A stretch of 64,000 bases of DNA from Ferroacidibacillus organovorans. GTDB lineage: Bacteria > Bacillota > Bacilli > Alicyclobacillales > SLC66. The DNA is taken from the NCBI RefSeq assembly GCF_001642725.1, contig NZ_LSUQ01000004.1, forward strand, positions 1 through 64,000, in the 5' to 3' direction. Within the stretch, counting starts at the first letter, position 1, and each line of letters starts with the position of its first letter. Positions 51,527 through 63,293 of the stretch are shown in pieces. The notes under the pieces are model-generated. The model ran no database searches and was not told the DNA's origin. It was given only the letters and a program-made list of their open reading frames with translations. Made by a program: the position numbers and the translations under genes.

Positions 51527-52933
51527 GTGAACGACGTGAAAATCGCCCGCGTTTCAAAATTTCTGGGGACCATTGCATTGACGGCGGCGGCAACGGTTCT
51601 CACGCTGCGCGCGGTAGGCGCAGACTTTTCTCCGCTCGCGAGTCAACCCGCCTATCGGCAGTTCATGTCCACGTATCGCCTTTTGACGACGTCATATTAC
51701 CGTCAGGTCGATCCGAATGAGTTGATTCACGGCATGATCTCCGGCATGATGGACACCTTGCACGACCCTTTCTCTCAGTACATGAACCCAGCGATGACAG
51801 CCCGGTTTCGCGAGATGGTCAGTTCGCACTTCCAGGGAATCGGCGCTGTACTCTCCTATGAGTCAGGCCAAATCGTCATCAGTTCTGTCCTGCCCGGCTC
51901 ACCTGCTGATCGCGCGGGTGTTCGGTCAGGGGACATTTTGACGCAGGTCAATGGGAGCAAGACCGATGGAATGTCTCTTTTGCAGGTGGTGGAGCGCATT
52001 CGTGGACAGGTTGGCAGCTATGCGAATCTGACCTTGCTGCGCGGCTCTGCGACGCTACACATTCGCGTGCAGCGGGCAAACCTTCACCAGTCGACCGTTT
52101 ACGCGAAGATGTTCTCGAATCACATCGGATATATTTTGATCACACAGTTTAGCGAAGACACGGCGAGCGCATTCGCGCGCGATTTGAGCATTCTGAAACA
52201 GGAAGGCGCGCGCGGTCTCATTCTTGATGTGCGGGATGATCCGGGTGGACTGCTGTCGAGTGTCGGTCAGATTGCAAACGATTTGTTGGCGAGAGGGAAA
52301 ACGATTGTCGAAGTAGAGAGCCGCAATCATCAGATTCAGGCACTCCACGCCTCGGGCAGTGGAATCAAGCTTCCAATGGTTTGTTTGATCAATGGAAACA
52401 GCGCCAGCGCGGCGGAGATTCTTGCGGCGGCGCTTCACGATTCGGGTGGGGTGCCGCTGATCGGTGAGCGCACCTACGGTAAAGGCACGGTGCAAGAAAC
52501 GCAAGAGTTTGCGGATGGATCGAGTCTGAAACTGACGGTTGCCAAATGGCTAACGCCAAAAGGGACGTGGATTCACCACGTGGGAATTGCGCCGTCGATG
52601 TACGTTGCGACGCCTGCATTCTACCATCTGCCGCCGCTTCCCATGACGCTTAGGCGGCCGTATGCGCTTGATCAATCCAGTGTCAGTATCGCAGTCTTGC
52701 AACGGATGCTTCTCGCGCTCGGGTACAATCCAGGGCGGACGGATGGCTACTACAGTGTGCAGACGGAGCAGGCGGTCACAGCATTTCAAAAAATGCACGG
52801 TTTGAAATCAACAGGGACGGTGAGCGATGCCACCGCGTACGCATTGAATGTCGCGCTGCTAAAGATACGCGTCCGCGACGATCCGGCCATGCAGACCGCT
52901 ATCGGGTATCTTGATCAGAAACTCGGAGGATGA
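51527..52933 (+). CDS. S41 C-terminal processing protease with PDZ and peptidoglycan-binding domains (CtpA/CtpB-like)
   Basis: GIGA PDZ, D.R.DPGG, SASAAEI, TYGKGTVQ, C-terminal LQRML..LGY..G..DG. Confidence 0.92.
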   Translation: MNDVKIARVSKFLGTIALTAAATVLTLRAVGADFSPLASQPAYRQFMSTYRLLTTSYYRQVDPNELIHGMISGMMDTLHDPFSQYMNPAMTARFREMVSSHFQGIGAVLSYESGQIVISSVLPGSPADRAGVRSGDILTQVNGSKTDGMSLLQVVERIRGQVGSYANLTLLRGSATLHIRVQRANLHQSTVYAKMFSNHIGYILITQFSEDTASAFARDLSILKQEGARGLILDVRDDPGGLLSSVGQIANDLLARGKTIVEVESRNHQIQALHASGSGIKLPMVCLINGNSASAAEILAAALHDSGGVPLIGERTYGKGTVQETQEFADGSSLKLTVAKWLTPKGTWIHHVGIAPSMYVATPAFYHLPPLPMTLRRPYALDQSSVSIAVLQRMLLALGYNPGRTDGYYSVQTEQAVTAFQKMHGLKSTGTVSDATAYALNVALLKIRVRDDPAMQTAIGYLDQKLGG

Positions 52934-53050
52934 GCAGGAAGCGGCGTATAACGTGTCGAAATATAGCAACCGAGGAAGACTCGGTTGCTTTTTCATATGT
53001 TCATGATGCGTTTTGTTTGATTGATCTGTGCGAGAGAGGTGATTTCGTTT

Positions 53051-54226
53051 ATGGTTCTTCACGGCCTTCTCGCGCTTCTTCACTTTCCGTGGCTTTATCT
53101 CGTCACACTTTTGCTTGCAGGGATTCAACACCTTCGACAGCGCCATTTGGAGCGCGCAACACTCGGAATCAAAGTGACTCGTGATGTGCTGCACGCATTT
53201 CGCAGTATCGGTATTGGTCTGCTCGCAGGGATTGTGATCAGTGCGGCGTTTGACTACGCGCATATACCGTTCAGTTGGCAGGACGGTGTCAGTGTCTGGG
53301 TATTGGGGACGCTTTTCTCGGTGATCGACATGCGACTGGCGTGCGTCTCTTACGGCGGTTCTCTGGTTGCGCTCGCGGGACTTGTCAGCGTTTGGTGGAC
53401 GCCTGCGAACGCGCCGCTGGTGACTGCATGGCTGCGCGCGCTGCACCCTTTTTCACTCTTGGCGCTGATTGCTGCGGCAAACGGCGTAGAAGGGATTGCG
53501 ACATTTATGCGAGCGGGCATTGCGTCTCCATTTTTAATGAAGAGCCGCCGCGGGCAAACTGTGGGTGCCTTTTTATTGCAGGGATTCTGGCCGTTACCGA
53601 TTTTTGTGTTGGGAAGCGTGCCTTTTAGCGTTCTGCCGAATCGCACAGGTATCGCACTCGGCACGACGCCACAACGCGTCTTTTTTTTAGGAGGTGTGTC
53701 GATCAGCCTGTATGCGTTCATTTTGGCGGTCGCCTTGTTTTTATTGCGCCACTCAACGCTCGGATTGGTCATTGTCACACTGATCTCGCTGTTTTCACAC
53801 ATATGGATTGACAAATTCCAGGTTGTCCGAGAAGAGTCGCAGCCCCCACTCTACGTTCGTCCCAAAGCGGGTGTGCGCATTCTCGCCATTCTTCCCGGAA
53901 CGCCGGCAAGGCGCATCGGTCTGATGCCAGGTGAGACCATTGCGCGTGTCGGCGGCATCACGGTAAACAGTCCGTATGATCTGCATTTTGCAATCGATCA
54001 TAACCCAGCGTATGTAAAGCTTGAGGTGATCGATTCACGCGGTGAACTGCGATTGATCGGAACGCCGATCTTTGAACGCGATCCTCACCATCTCGGATGC
54101 ATGTTTGTACCTGACGAGCGGGGGTTGGCTGAGGCAAACGTGTTTAGCGTTGGGCAGCAGGGACGATTCTTCAAGCTCTGGCGAAGCGTCGAGGCGGGGG
54201 AGAATGCGGCTGAATCACCCGCGTGA
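53051..54226 (+). CDS. Membrane PDZ protein, MinJ-like
   Basis: Multiple TMs, C-terminal PDZ (GVRILAILPGTPA); Bacillus-like ctp-minJ-uvrB synteny. Confidence 0.75.
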   Translation: MVLHGLLALLHFPWLYLVTLLLAGIQHLRQRHLERATLGIKVTRDVLHAFRSIGIGLLAGIVISAAFDYAHIPFSWQDGVSVWVLGTLFSVIDMRLACVSYGGSLVALAGLVSVWWTPANAPLVTAWLRALHPFSLLALIAAANGVEGIATFMRAGIASPFLMKSRRGQTVGAFLLQGFWPLPIFVLGSVPFSVLPNRTGIALGTTPQRVFFLGGVSISLYAFILAVALFLLRHSTLGLVIVTLISLFSHIWIDKFQVVREESQPPLYVRPKAGVRILAILPGTPARRIGLMPGETIARVGGITVNSPYDLHFAIDHNPAYVKLEVIDSRGELRLIGTPIFERDPHHLGCMFVPDERGLAEANVFSVGQQGRFFKLWRSVEAGENAAESPA

Positions 54227-54379
54227 CCGATTGGTGGTTTCCCGCATGATCTGGTCTGTTCATAGAAATTGTTCAAAACGTTGACATACCATCGCTTATA
54301 GAGAGCGTTCAAAGCATCAATAGGTGTTCGCGAATACACGAAGTTCGGTGCGATTTTATTCACGATAGGGAGTTAGAGG

Positions 54380-55189
54380 ATGGATCTTACAACCATAGGC
54401 GGCATCATACTCGGGTTTGCTTCGCTGATTGTCGCGTTTGTCATGGAAGGCGGCTCTCCGCTCGCTTTGTTAGGTCTGTCTGCCGCCATTATCGTGTTTG
54501 GCGGGACGGCTGGCGCTGTCATCATTTCTTTTTCAGCAAAACAATTGAAAATGGTGGGCTCGCTTTTTAGCATCGCATTCAAGCAGCAGAAGCTCGACAG
54601 TTTGGCGGCGATCGAACAGCTTGTGGCGCTCGCGACGTCTGCAAGGCGGGAGGGTATTCTCTCGCTTGAGGACAAGCTGGAGGGGATGCAGGATGTGTTC
54701 TTTAAAAATGCAGTTCAGCTTGTGGTCGATGGCGTTGACCCGGAACTCGTCCGCAGCATCCTTGAAACAGAGATTGGCTACATGGAGGCGCGGCACGAAG
54801 CGGGGGTCGCTGTTTTTGAGTCGGCAGGTGGTTTCGCTCCGACGATGGGGATCATCGGAACGGTCACGGGGCTCATTCACGTATTGAGCAACCTGACGAA
54901 TGTCAGCACGCTCGGACCGCTCATTGCGACTGCGTTTATTGCAACCCTCTATGGGGTGGGCAGTGCAAACCTGCTGTGGTTGCCGCTGGCCTCTAAGCTC
55001 AAGCAGCGCTCTAAAGAAGAGATCTTGTTGCGTGAAATTATGGTAGAAGGTGTACTGTCGATTCAAGCTGGAGAAAATCCGACTGTTTTGGATCAGAAGT
55101 TGAAAGTGTTCCTCGCACCGCGCATGCGTGAACGCAGTCAAGGCAAGAAAGGGTCAGCGTCGTCCGAGTCGGAGGTAGCGAATGCCTAG
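54380..55189 (+). CDS. motA: Flagellar stator protein MotA
   Basis: IIVFGGT, ARREG.L.LE, APTMGIIGTV.GL, ATLYG, GENP. Confidence 0.93.
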   Translation: MDLTTIGGIILGFASLIVAFVMEGGSPLALLGLSAAIIVFGGTAGAVIISFSAKQLKMVGSLFSIAFKQQKLDSLAAIEQLVALATSARREGILSLEDKLEGMQDVFFKNAVQLVVDGVDPELVRSILETEIGYMEARHEAGVAVFESAGGFAPTMGIIGTVTGLIHVLSNLTNVSTLGPLIATAFIATLYGVGSANLLWLPLASKLKQRSKEEILLREIMVEGVLSIQAGENPTVLDQKLKVFLAPRMRERSQGKKGSASSESEVANA

Positions 55190-56129
55190 ACGAAAAAAGT
55201 CGGTCGTAAAAGAGAACTCCGAGCGCTGGTTGATCACTTACTCGGACTTGATTACCCTCTTGCTCATCTTTTTTGTCATCATGTACGCCATGTCCAAAGT
55301 TGACGTGGCAAAGTTTATGACGCTCTCTGAATCACTGAATGCGGCGCTCAACCCGAGCAATCAAATACCTTTGCAAGGATTAGGAAAGACGGCACTCCTC
55401 GCGGCAGAGAATCCAACCCAGGGACACAATCAGGGATTTAGTCTGAAGGCTGGCAGCAAAGCGCAAATGATCCAACTGCAAAACATTCTAAAAGAAGACG
55501 TCAAGTTTTCAAATCTCTATCAAGAGTTGAAACAGTTTGTCTCAAAGCGCGGTTTGGAAAACAGTCTTTCGATTACCAATCAACAGCGGGGAATTCAAAT
55601 CACATTAAGGGATGTCGTCCTTTTTGCGACGGGACAGGACCAAATTCGCCCGCAGGCGGTGCATGTCTTGCAACAACTTGTCCCTTTTTTGCAAACCCTT
55701 TCGAATCAGATCCAGATTGAAGGGTACACGGACAACGTGCCGATTCACACTGCGCAGTTTCCGTCGAACTGGGAGCTGTCGACGGGTCGCGCGCTCAATG
55801 TCGTTGAAGATTTGATTCAGTTTGGGGTCAATCCGACGCGTCTGAGCGCCGTCGGTTACGGTCAGTACCACCCGGTCGTGCCAAATTCCACAGCGGCTGG
55901 GCGACAGCAGAATCGCCGCGTCAATATCGTCATCCTGCGCAGTACGTACTCCCTGCAACAAGGGGAGTCATCGTTTGGCGCACAGCCGAACGCCCTCGCT
56001 GCGATCACACCGGCAGTCGGTGTGAATCGCAATGTGCTGATCTCCCAAAACACGACGCCAAGCAATCTGCAAATCCCCATTGTCCTTCAGTCAAAATCGG
56101 TGCAAAGCGGTGCACCAACTCATCCGTGA
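55182..56129 (+). CDS. motB: Flagellar stator protein MotB
   Basis: WLITYSDLITLL TM with conserved Asp; OmpA-like domain EGYTD, NWELS..RA, NRRV. Confidence 0.93.
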   Translation: MPRRKKSVVKENSERWLITYSDLITLLLIFFVIMYAMSKVDVAKFMTLSESLNAALNPSNQIPLQGLGKTALLAAENPTQGHNQGFSLKAGSKAQMIQLQNILKEDVKFSNLYQELKQFVSKRGLENSLSITNQQRGIQITLRDVVLFATGQDQIRPQAVHVLQQLVPFLQTLSNQIQIEGYTDNVPIHTAQFPSNWELSTGRALNVVEDLIQFGVNPTRLSAVGYGQYHPVVPNSTAAGRQQNRRVNIVILRSTYSLQQGESSFGAQPNALAAITPAVGVNRNVLISQNTTPSNLQIPIVLQSKSVQSGAPTHP

Positions 56130-56203
56130 TGCTGTTGCGACGCGGACGGCGTAGCGGTGTGGCGAAAAATTGCGAACCAAAGTCTGTCCTCTTCCATTTC
56201 CAT

Positions 56204-56225
56204 CGAACGTATGATCGTATATAAT
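56204..56225 (+). promoter_or_regulatory. LexA (Cheo/SOS) box adjacent to the -10 of uvrBA
   Basis: CGAACGTATGATCG (one mismatch to CGAAC-N4-GTTCG) followed by TATAAT at 56220. Confidence 0.82.
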
Positions 56226-56263
56226 GCGAAGAGATGATGGGTGATGATGGGAGGCTGTTTGCG

Positions 56264-58240
56264 ATGGCACTGCCAGGATCGTTTGAACTGGTGTCTGAGT
56301 ATGAGCCGACGGGCGACCAACCGAAAGCGATTGAACAATTGACATCAGGCATACAAAAAGGTGATCGCTTTCAGACGCTGCTCGGCGTCACGGGTTCTGG
56401 AAAGACGTTTACCGTGGCTAACGTCGTCGCAAAGATCAACAAGCCAACGCTTGTGATTGCGCACAACAAGACGCTCGCCGCACAGCTCACGTCCGAGTTT
56501 AAAGAATTTTTCCCCAAAAACGCTGTTGAGTACTTTGTCAGTTATTACGATTACTATCAACCGGAAGCGTATATTCCGCACACCGATACGTTTATTGAGA
56601 AAGACGCGAAAACGAATGACGAGATCGATAAACTGAGGCACTCTGCGACGAGTTCGCTGTTTGAACGAAATGACGTTCTTGTTGTCGCGAGTGTCTCAAG
56701 CATTTTCGGACTAGGTTCGCCATTTCGCTATAAAGAAAACGTTCTCTCGCTGCGTGTGGGCATGGAGAAACCGCGCAACGAGATGCTGCGGCGACTCGTA
56801 GATATGCAGTACGAGCGAAATGATGTGAACTTTGTGCGCGGAACCTTTCGCGTACGCGGAGATGTCGTTGAAATTGTTCCGGCATCGCACGGGGAACAGG
56901 CGCTTCGCGTCGAGTTTTTTGGGGAAGAGATTGAACGCATTACGGCAGTCGATATCCTGACCGGTGAAATGATCGGCCGGCGCGAGCATGTCGCCATTTT
57001 TCCGGCGTCCCACTATGTCTCGGGAAAAGAGACGATTGAGAGAGCGGCGGCATCGATACGCGCGGAACTTTTAGAGCGCCTCTCCGAGTTGCGATCTGCA
57101 GGACGTCTGCTTGAGGCGCAGCGGTTAGAGCAGCGCACAAACTACGATCTTGAGATGATGCAGGAGGTCGGTTTTTGCTCAGGCATTGAAAATTACTCGC
57201 GTCATTTAGACGGCCGCTCGGCCGGAGACCCTCCCTATACCCTGTTTGATTACTTTCCAGATGATTTTCTCTTGGTGATTGATGAGTCGCACGTGACGAT
57301 CCCGCAGTTGCACGGTATGTACGGTGGGGATCGCTCGCGAAAATTGACGCTGATCGAACACGGTTTTCGGCTGCCGTCTGCTGCTGACAATCGTCCGCTG
57401 CGTTTTGAAGAGCTTTCGATGTACAAGTATCAGACGATCTTTGTCTCGGCGACGCCTGGGGATTATGAGTTGAAGGTGAGCGCGCAAAAAGTAGAGCAGA
57501 TCATCCGCCCGACGGGACTGCTCGATCCGCTCATCACAGTGCGGCCAATTAAAGGACAGATTGACGATCTGATCGCGGAGATTCGCAAGCGGATCGCCCG
57601 TCAAGAGCGCGTTCTGGTAACTACGCTCACGAAGAAGATGTCAGAAGACCTCACCGATTATTTGAAAGAGGTAGGCATCAAGGTGCGCTATCTGCACAGC
57701 GACATTAAGACGCTTGAGCGCATGGCGATACTGCGCGATTTGAGGATTGGCGTTTTTGATGTGCTGATCGGAATCAACCTCTTGCGTGAAGGGCTTGATT
57801 TGCCTGAAGTATCACTCGTCGCCATCCTCGATGCGGACAAAGAAGGCTTTTTGCGAGCGTGGCGGTCGCTGATTCAGACGATTGGAAGAGCCGCGCGCAA
57901 CGCGTCGGGCGAGGTGATCATGTACGCCGATGTGTACACTGACTCGATGAAGCTGGCGATTTCAGAGACGGAGCGCAGGCGTTTACTCCAGTCGGAGCAC
58001 AACGAGGCTCACGGCATCACACCGCAGACGATTCATAAAGCGGTGCGCGATGTGATAGAAGCGACGAAACTCGTCTCTGATGGGGAAGAACTAGCGACGA
58101 AAGTTGCAAAGATGACCAAAGCGGAGCGCCGCGAGTTGATCGGGCGTTTGGAACAGGAAATGAAAGAGGCGGCAAAATCGTTGCAGTTTGAACGTGCGGC
58201 AGAGTTGCGTGATATGTTGATTGAGTTGTCTGCGTCCTGA
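56264..58240 (+). CDS. uvrB: Excinuclease ABC subunit B
   Basis: [32 protein letters not shown]. Confidence 0.99.
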   Translation: MALPGSFELVSEYEPTGDQPKAIEQLTSGIQKGDRFQTLLGVTGSGKTFTVANVVAKINKPTLVIAHNKTLAAQLTSEFKEFFPKNAVEYFVSYYDYYQPEAYIPHTDTFIEKDAKTNDEIDKLRHSATSSLFERNDVLVVASVSSIFGLGSPFRYKENVLSLRVGMEKPRNEMLRRLVDMQYERNDVNFVRGTFRVRGDVVEIVPASHGEQALRVEFFGEEIERITAVDILTGEMIGRREHVAIFPASHYVSGKETIERAAASIRAELLERLSELRSAGRLLEAQRLEQRTNYDLEMMQEVGFCSGIENYSRHLDGRSAGDPPYTLFDYFPDDFLLVIDESHVTIPQLHGMYGGDRSRKLTLIEHGFRLPSAADNRPLRFEELSMYKYQTIFVSATPGDYELKVSAQKVEQIIRPTGLLDPLITVRPIKGQIDDLIAEIRKRIARQERVLVTTLTKKMSEDLTDYLKEVGIKVRYLHSDIKTLERMAILRDLRIGVFDVLIGINLLREGLDLPEVSLVAILDADKEGFLRAWRSLIQTIGRAARNASGEVIMYADVYTDSMKLAISETERRRLLQSEHNEAHGITPQTIHKAVRDVIEATKLVSDGEELATKVAKMTKAERRELIGRLEQEMKEAAKSLQFERAAELRDMLIELSAS

Positions 58241-58310
58241 GGGACGCAATAAAACGCGAGGTGCGACGAACGCGGTCGCGAGCAGAGACAAGACTCGTTT
58301 GGAGGCCCGA

Positions 58311-61172
58311 ATGGCACACGAATCGATTGTGATTAAAGGCGCGCGCGCGCATAACTTAAAAAACATAGATGTGGTCATTCCGCGCGATAAGTTGGTCGTA
58401 TTCACCGGACTTAGCGGTTCAGGGAAATCATCGCTCGCGTTTGACACGCTGTACGCAGAGGGACAGCGGAGGTATGTCGAATCGCTTTCGGCGTACGCCC
58501 GACAGTTTCTGGGGCAGATGGACAAGCCGGACGTCGATTCGATTGAAGGGCTGTCTCCCGCGATTAGCATTGATCAGAAAACGACGAGCCGAAACCCGCG
58601 CTCGACGGTGGGCACGGTGACCGAGATCTATGACTATCTGCGGTTGCTCTTTGCGCGTATCGGCATCCCGCATTGTCCGAAGTGTGGCACGCCGATTTCC
58701 TCTCAAACGATCGATCAAATGGTCGATCGTGTCTTAACGCTTCCCGAGCGCGCCCGGATTCAGATTCTCGCCCCAGTCATCACGGGGAAAAAGGGTGAAC
58801 ACCAAAAGGTCTTTGAGGACCTGATGCGAAGTGGCTACGTGCGGGTGCGTGTTGACGGTGAACTGCGTGAGTTGGGTGAAGAGATCAAGCTTGAGAAGAA
58901 TAAAAAACACACGATCGCCGTGGTGATTGACCGTATCATCGTGAAAGAAGACGTGCGCACGCGCGTTGCAGAGTCATTGGAAAATGCGCTGACGCTTTCG
59001 GGGGGGACGGTCATCGTTGACGTGCTGGAACAGGAGGAGCTCCTGTTCAGTCAGAATCTCGCCTGTCCGAATTGCGGGTATAGCGTTGATGAGCTTGCGC
59101 CCCGTATGTTTTCATTCAATAGCCCGTTTGGCGCGTGCGAAGCGTGTACGGGGCTTGGCGCCAAGCAGGAGGTCGACTTGGACTTGGTCATTCCCGATCC
59201 GGGCAAGACGATCGACGAAGGCGGCATTGTGCCGTGGGCGGGGACGACGTCAACCTATTATCCGCGACTGCTTGAGAGCGCCTGCAGGCACCTTGGGATC
59301 GCGACGGATGTGCCGATCAAGGATGTGGACCAGGCTGCGCTTGACCAACTCTTTTATGGCATCAAAGGACAAAAAATCAAATTTACTTATGAAAATGATT
59401 TTGGGCAAGTCAAACAGGCAGAAGTGCCCTTTGAAGGGGTTGTCCACAATCTTGAACGACGTTATCGCGAGACGGCGTCTGACTATATTCGCGAGTTTGT
59501 CGAGGAGTTCATGAGCAGTCGGCCATGCCCGGCCTGTCGCGGGAAGCGATTGAAGCCAGAGAGTCTCGCCGTGCGCATCGCAGGTGCATCCATCGCAGAT
59601 GTCACGGAGCGGTCGATCGTCGAAGCGATCGCATTCTTTGAGGCGCTTACGCTTACGGAAAAGGAGCTGCAGATTGCGCACCTCATTCTGAAGGAGATCG
59701 GCGCGCGGCTCGGTTTCTTGCGTGATGTGGGACTCAATTATCTCACGCTGGCGCGCGCGGCAGGAACGCTGTCGGGTGGTGAGGCGCAGCGCATTCGGTT
59801 GGCGACACAGATTGGTTCTAGCCTCGTCGGTGTACTGTACATTTTGGATGAACCGAGCATTGGACTTCACCAGCGTGACAATGCGCGACTGATTCGCACG
59901 CTGACACAGATGCGCGATCTCGGGAACACGCTGATTGTCGTGGAGCACGACGAGGATACGATGTTTGCGGCCGATCAGATCATTGACATTGGACCCGGCG
60001 CGGGTGAGCATGGCGGTCATGTCGTTGCGCAAGGAACGGTTCAAGAGGTGATGGACCACCCGCATTCGATTACGGGCATGTACCTCAGCGGCCGACGTTC
60101 GATTCCGATTCCTCCGGCGCGTCGTCAATCAGACGGCCGAGTGGTCGAGGTTCGCGGTGCGAAAGAAAACAATCTAAAGAATCTCTCGGTGCGCTTCCCG
60201 CTCGGCGTATTTACGTGTGTGACAGGCGTTTCTGGGTCGGGAAAAAGCACGCTCGTCAATGAAATTCTCCACAAAGCGCTCGCGGCAAAACTCAATCGCG
60301 CGCGGATTCGCGCCGGGCGCCACGATGAGATTCGCGGACTTGAGCACCTCGACAAAGTGATCGATATCGACCAATCGCCGATCGGACGCACGCCGCGGTC
60401 GAATCCAGCGACATACACAGGGGTGTTTGACGACATCCGCGATGTGTTTGCGACGACGCAGGAAGCAAAGGTGCGCGGGTATAAGAAGGGACGTTTCAGT
60501 TTTAACGTGCGCGGAGGTCGGTGCGAGGCGTGTCGCGGTGACGGCATCATCAAGATCGAGATGCACTTTCTCCCGGATGTGTACGTGCCGTGTGAAATTT
60601 GCAAGGGTCGACGCTACAACCGTGAGACGCTTGAGGTGCACTACAAGGGGCGCTCGATCGCGGACGTCCTCGACATGACGATCGAAGAGGCGCTGACGTA
60701 TTTTGAAAACGTTCCTAAAATTGCGCGCAAGCTACAGACGCTCTCTGATGTGGGACTCAACTACATGCGCCTGGGACAGCCTGCGACAACCATGTCGGGC
60801 GGCGAAGCGCAGCGCGTAAAGTTGGCGTCTGAACTGCATCGCCGCAGCACAGGGAGAACCTTGTACATTTTGGACGAGCCAACGACGGGACTTCACGCCG
60901 CAGACATTGAGCGACTGTTGATCGTGCTTCAACGACTCGTTGATGCAGGGGATACGGTGGTCGTGATCGAACATAATCTGGATGTGATCAAGACGGCGGA
61001 TTACCTGATCGATCTCGGACCTGAAGGCGGCGATCAGGGGGGGCGACTCGTCGCGAGCGGCACACCTGAGAAGATCGCAAAGTCCCCTGAGTCGTATACA
61101 GGTCAATATCTTGCGCCTGTGCTTGAGCGGGATCGGGCACGCGCGGAGTTGCGTGAAACGGTTGCACTTTAG
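58311..61172 (+). CDS. uvrA: Excinuclease ABC subunit A
   Basis: Two ABC domains ([18 protein letters not shown]) and zinc fingers. Confidence 0.99.
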   Translation: MAHESIVIKGARAHNLKNIDVVIPRDKLVVFTGLSGSGKSSLAFDTLYAEGQRRYVESLSAYARQFLGQMDKPDVDSIEGLSPAISIDQKTTSRNPRSTVGTVTEIYDYLRLLFARIGIPHCPKCGTPISSQTIDQMVDRVLTLPERARIQILAPVITGKKGEHQKVFEDLMRSGYVRVRVDGELRELGEEIKLEKNKKHTIAVVIDRIIVKEDVRTRVAESLENALTLSGGTVIVDVLEQEELLFSQNLACPNCGYSVDELAPRMFSFNSPFGACEACTGLGAKQEVDLDLVIPDPGKTIDEGGIVPWAGTTSTYYPRLLESACRHLGIATDVPIKDVDQAALDQLFYGIKGQKIKFTYENDFGQVKQAEVPFEGVVHNLERRYRETASDYIREFVEEFMSSRPCPACRGKRLKPESLAVRIAGASIADVTERSIVEAIAFFEALTLTEKELQIAHLILKEIGARLGFLRDVGLNYLTLARAAGTLSGGEAQRIRLATQIGSSLVGVLYILDEPSIGLHQRDNARLIRTLTQMRDLGNTLIVVEHDEDTMFAADQIIDIGPGAGEHGGHVVAQGTVQEVMDHPHSITGMYLSGRRSIPIPPARRQSDGRVVEVRGAKENNLKNLSVRFPLGVFTCVTGVSGSGKSTLVNEILHKALAAKLNRARIRAGRHDEIRGLEHLDKVIDIDQSPIGRTPRSNPATYTGVFDDIRDVFATTQEAKVRGYKKGRFSFNVRGGRCEACRGDGIIKIEMHFLPDVYVPCEICKGRRYNRETLEVHYKGRSIADVLDMTIEEALTYFENVPKIARKLQTLSDVGLNYMRLGQPATTMSGGEAQRVKLASELHRRSTGRTLYILDEPTTGLHAADIERLLIVLQRLVDAGDTVVVIEHNLDVIKTADYLIDLGPEGGDQGGRLVASGTPEKIAKSPESYTGQYLAPVLERDRARAELRETVAL

Positions 61173-61225
61173 GGCGGCAGAGCAGGTGCGGGCGGCAGGG
61201 AGTTGCGTGAAAAGGGGTTTTGTGA

Positions 61226-61588
61226 ATGGTAACGGATGATGCTTCTCAGCGAAAAGAGGAGACTGCCTACGAAGCGTTTACCGCACTGGAGGTGCGGGTG
61301 GGGAAAATTCTAACGGCTGTGCTTCATCCGAAGGCGAAGAAACCTGCCTATCAGTTGACGATCGACTTTGGCACACTCGGCGTCAAAAAGAGTTCGGCTC
61401 AGCTCACCGTTCAGTATCAGCCTGAAGATCTGATCGGACGGCAGATTGTCGCTGTCGTAAATTTTCCGCCGCGTTTGATCGGCGGGTTCACATCGGAAGT
61501 GTTGGTGCTCGGTGCTCTGCATGACGATGGGGCGGTCACACTTCTCACGCCAGAGCGCGCGGTGCCGCTTGGCGCGCCGATTGCCTGA
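61226..61588 (+). CDS. csaA: tRNA-binding / export chaperone CsaA
   Basis: VRVGKI, AKKPAY..IDFG.LG.KKSSAQ, VVNFPP..I.GF.SEVLVLG. Confidence 0.9.
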   Translation: MVTDDASQRKEETAYEAFTALEVRVGKILTAVLHPKAKKPAYQLTIDFGTLGVKKSSAQLTVQYQPEDLIGRQIVAVVNFPPRLIGGFTSEVLVLGALHDDGAVTLLTPERAVPLGAPIA

Positions 61589-61589
61589 G

Positions 61590-62249
61590 ATGCGCGTCAC
61601 GTGGTTTGGCGATGACGCGACGCTCGTTGAGGGCGTTTCACGTGACTTGCGCCATGCGTTGGTGTTGTCCGTCCGTCCAGCGTGGCTGCGCGAGGTCGTT
61701 TGTGTGGGAGAAGACGCGATGCTGTATCTTCAAGCACCGCCTCGTGATCGCGAAATTTCCGCGGATCGAGCAGCGCTCCACACCGTGATTTGCGCATGGC
61801 TTTACGCTGTGGGGCAAGGCGAGACTGCGTTCATTTCGCAAAAACCAAAGTTGCATGCGTGTACCGTGCGCTATGGTGGCGAGGATACCGATCTGGAAGA
61901 GGTCGCACGCCGTGTCAACCTCTCCGTTTCAGACGTGATCGCGCGGCACACGAGCCAGACGTACATCGTTGACGCGGCGGGTTTTGTGCCAGGGTTTGCC
62001 TACCTCGAAGGCCTCCCGGATTCGCTTTACCTACCGCGCAAAGCTGTTCCGCGCGTTCAGGTGTTCCCTGGGGCGGTGGCAATCGCAGCTGGTTATACGG
62101 GGATCTATCCTTCGGCGAGCGCTGGGGGATGGTGGATTTTGGGGACGCTCGTTGATCCACTGCCCGGTGCGCTGTGGCAGTGGGATGCCGATCCGCCTGC
62201 GCGTCTGGGTTTTGGCGACCGCGTGGTATTTCGCTCCGTCGACGCGTAG
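61590..62249 (+). CDS. 5-oxoprolinase subunit B / KipI-like (allophanate hydrolase subunit 1) protein
   Basis: V.YGG...DL..VA, GFVPGFAYL, PR..V..G.VAIA, GIYP..S.GGW; divergent N-terminus. Confidence 0.8.
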   Translation: MRVTWFGDDATLVEGVSRDLRHALVLSVRPAWLREVVCVGEDAMLYLQAPPRDREISADRAALHTVICAWLYAVGQGETAFISQKPKLHACTVRYGGEDTDLEEVARRVNLSVSDVIARHTSQTYIVDAAGFVPGFAYLEGLPDSLYLPRKAVPRVQVFPGAVAIAAGYTGIYPSASAGGWWILGTLVDPLPGALWQWDADPPARLGFGDRVVFRSVDA

Positions 62250-62273
62250 CGAGGAACGGAGGGTGAAACAGAG

Positions 62274-63293
62274 ATGAGCTATATCCGCGAACTTGAACGC
62301 GTTTTTGCGGGGCGACTACGGATCAATCACGAGCCTCCAGAAGCGTTCCAGGCCGAATCGTTCGATGCATTGGTACGCGGGAGCACCGTGCGCGATCAGC
62401 GCTGTTTTGCCTGGATCGAACACGGGAAAAAGTACTATGTCGCGTATCACGTTTCGCAATTGACGAAAACGGAAGAGACGCTGTTACGCCTTTTGCTGAC
62501 GAATCATCAGGACGAAACGCTGGAAAAACCGAGATGGCAAGAGGAGATTCACGCCGCGCTGCGGGAAGCGCCGGAGCCTTTTCCACGCGCGATTCGGATC
62601 GAAGATGAAGTTGAAGAAACGCCTGTTCCGTGGAGTTGGCCCGTCTACTTGATTGGCGTGCGGCCTCACGACACACCGAAAGAAGATACGCGTCAAGAAT
62701 TGCAGAGCGCGCTTCACTCGCTCGCCGAAGCCTCTTCCGGTGAGTTTTACTTTACATATGACCAGGCGCTTGTCGTGTGCGTTTTTCCAAGGCATGCGGA
62801 TGAAGATATGCACAGTCCTAGGGAAACAGCTGAGGCGCTCGTCGATGGTCTGGTATCTGAGTCGTTTATCGATGCGCGCGCGGTCTATAGCGGTGCGGTG
62901 CGCAGTTTGCCAGAATTGCTCCTGACCCTTCGGCGCATGCTGTTTGTCGTGATGACCGCTGAGGCGCTCACGCCAGAATCGCGCGTGCTCACGGCCCAGG
63001 GACTCGGCGTCTATGAATTGCTGTTTGGCTTGCGTCCGCACTTGCGACAGGCATATGCGGCGCACACGATCACGCCGTCTGTCACGATGACGCTTGGGGC
63101 AGAGCTTGAGCAGACGGTGATGACGTTTGTGGCATGCGATCTAAACATGAGCGAAACCGCGCGCAAACTCTATCTGCACCGCAACAGCTTGCTGTATCGG
63201 ATTGAGCGCATACGCGAATTGACCGGCTACGACGTTCGTCGGTTCGACGACGCGGTGACGGTGTGGGCGGCTCTTCTCTTGCGTAGACTGTGA
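62274..63293 (+). CDS. PucR/CdaR-family transcriptional regulator
   Basis: C-terminal HTH NMSETARKLYLHRNSLLYRIERI..TG.D; upstream of msmX as in Bacillus yxkF-msmX. Confidence 0.88.
   Translation: MSYIRELERVFAGRLRINHEPPEAFQAESFDALVRGSTVRDQRCFAWIEHGKKYYVAYHVSQLTKTEETLLRLLLTNHQDETLEKPRWQEEIHAALREAPEPFPRAIRIEDEVEETPVPWSWPVYLIGVRPHDTPKEDTRQELQSALHSLAEASSGEFYFTYDQALVVCVFPRHADEDMHSPRETAEALVDGLVSESFIDARAVYSGAVRSLPELLLTLRRMLFVVMTAEALTPESRVLTAQGLGVYELLFGLRPHLRQAYAAHTITPSVTMTLGAELEQTVMTFVACDLNMSETARKLYLHRNSLLYRIERIRELTGYDVRRFDDAVTVWAALLLRRL

Noticed and set aside
54380..56129. Zorya ZorAB anti-phage system
   Set aside because: MotA is normal length with no long cytoplasmic tail, and there are no zorC/D/E neighbours
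61146..61213. Short direct repeats (GGAGTTGCGTGAAA, GGGCGGCAG) at the uvrA-csaA junction
   Set aside because: Only two copies with nothing mobile between them; likely a local duplication
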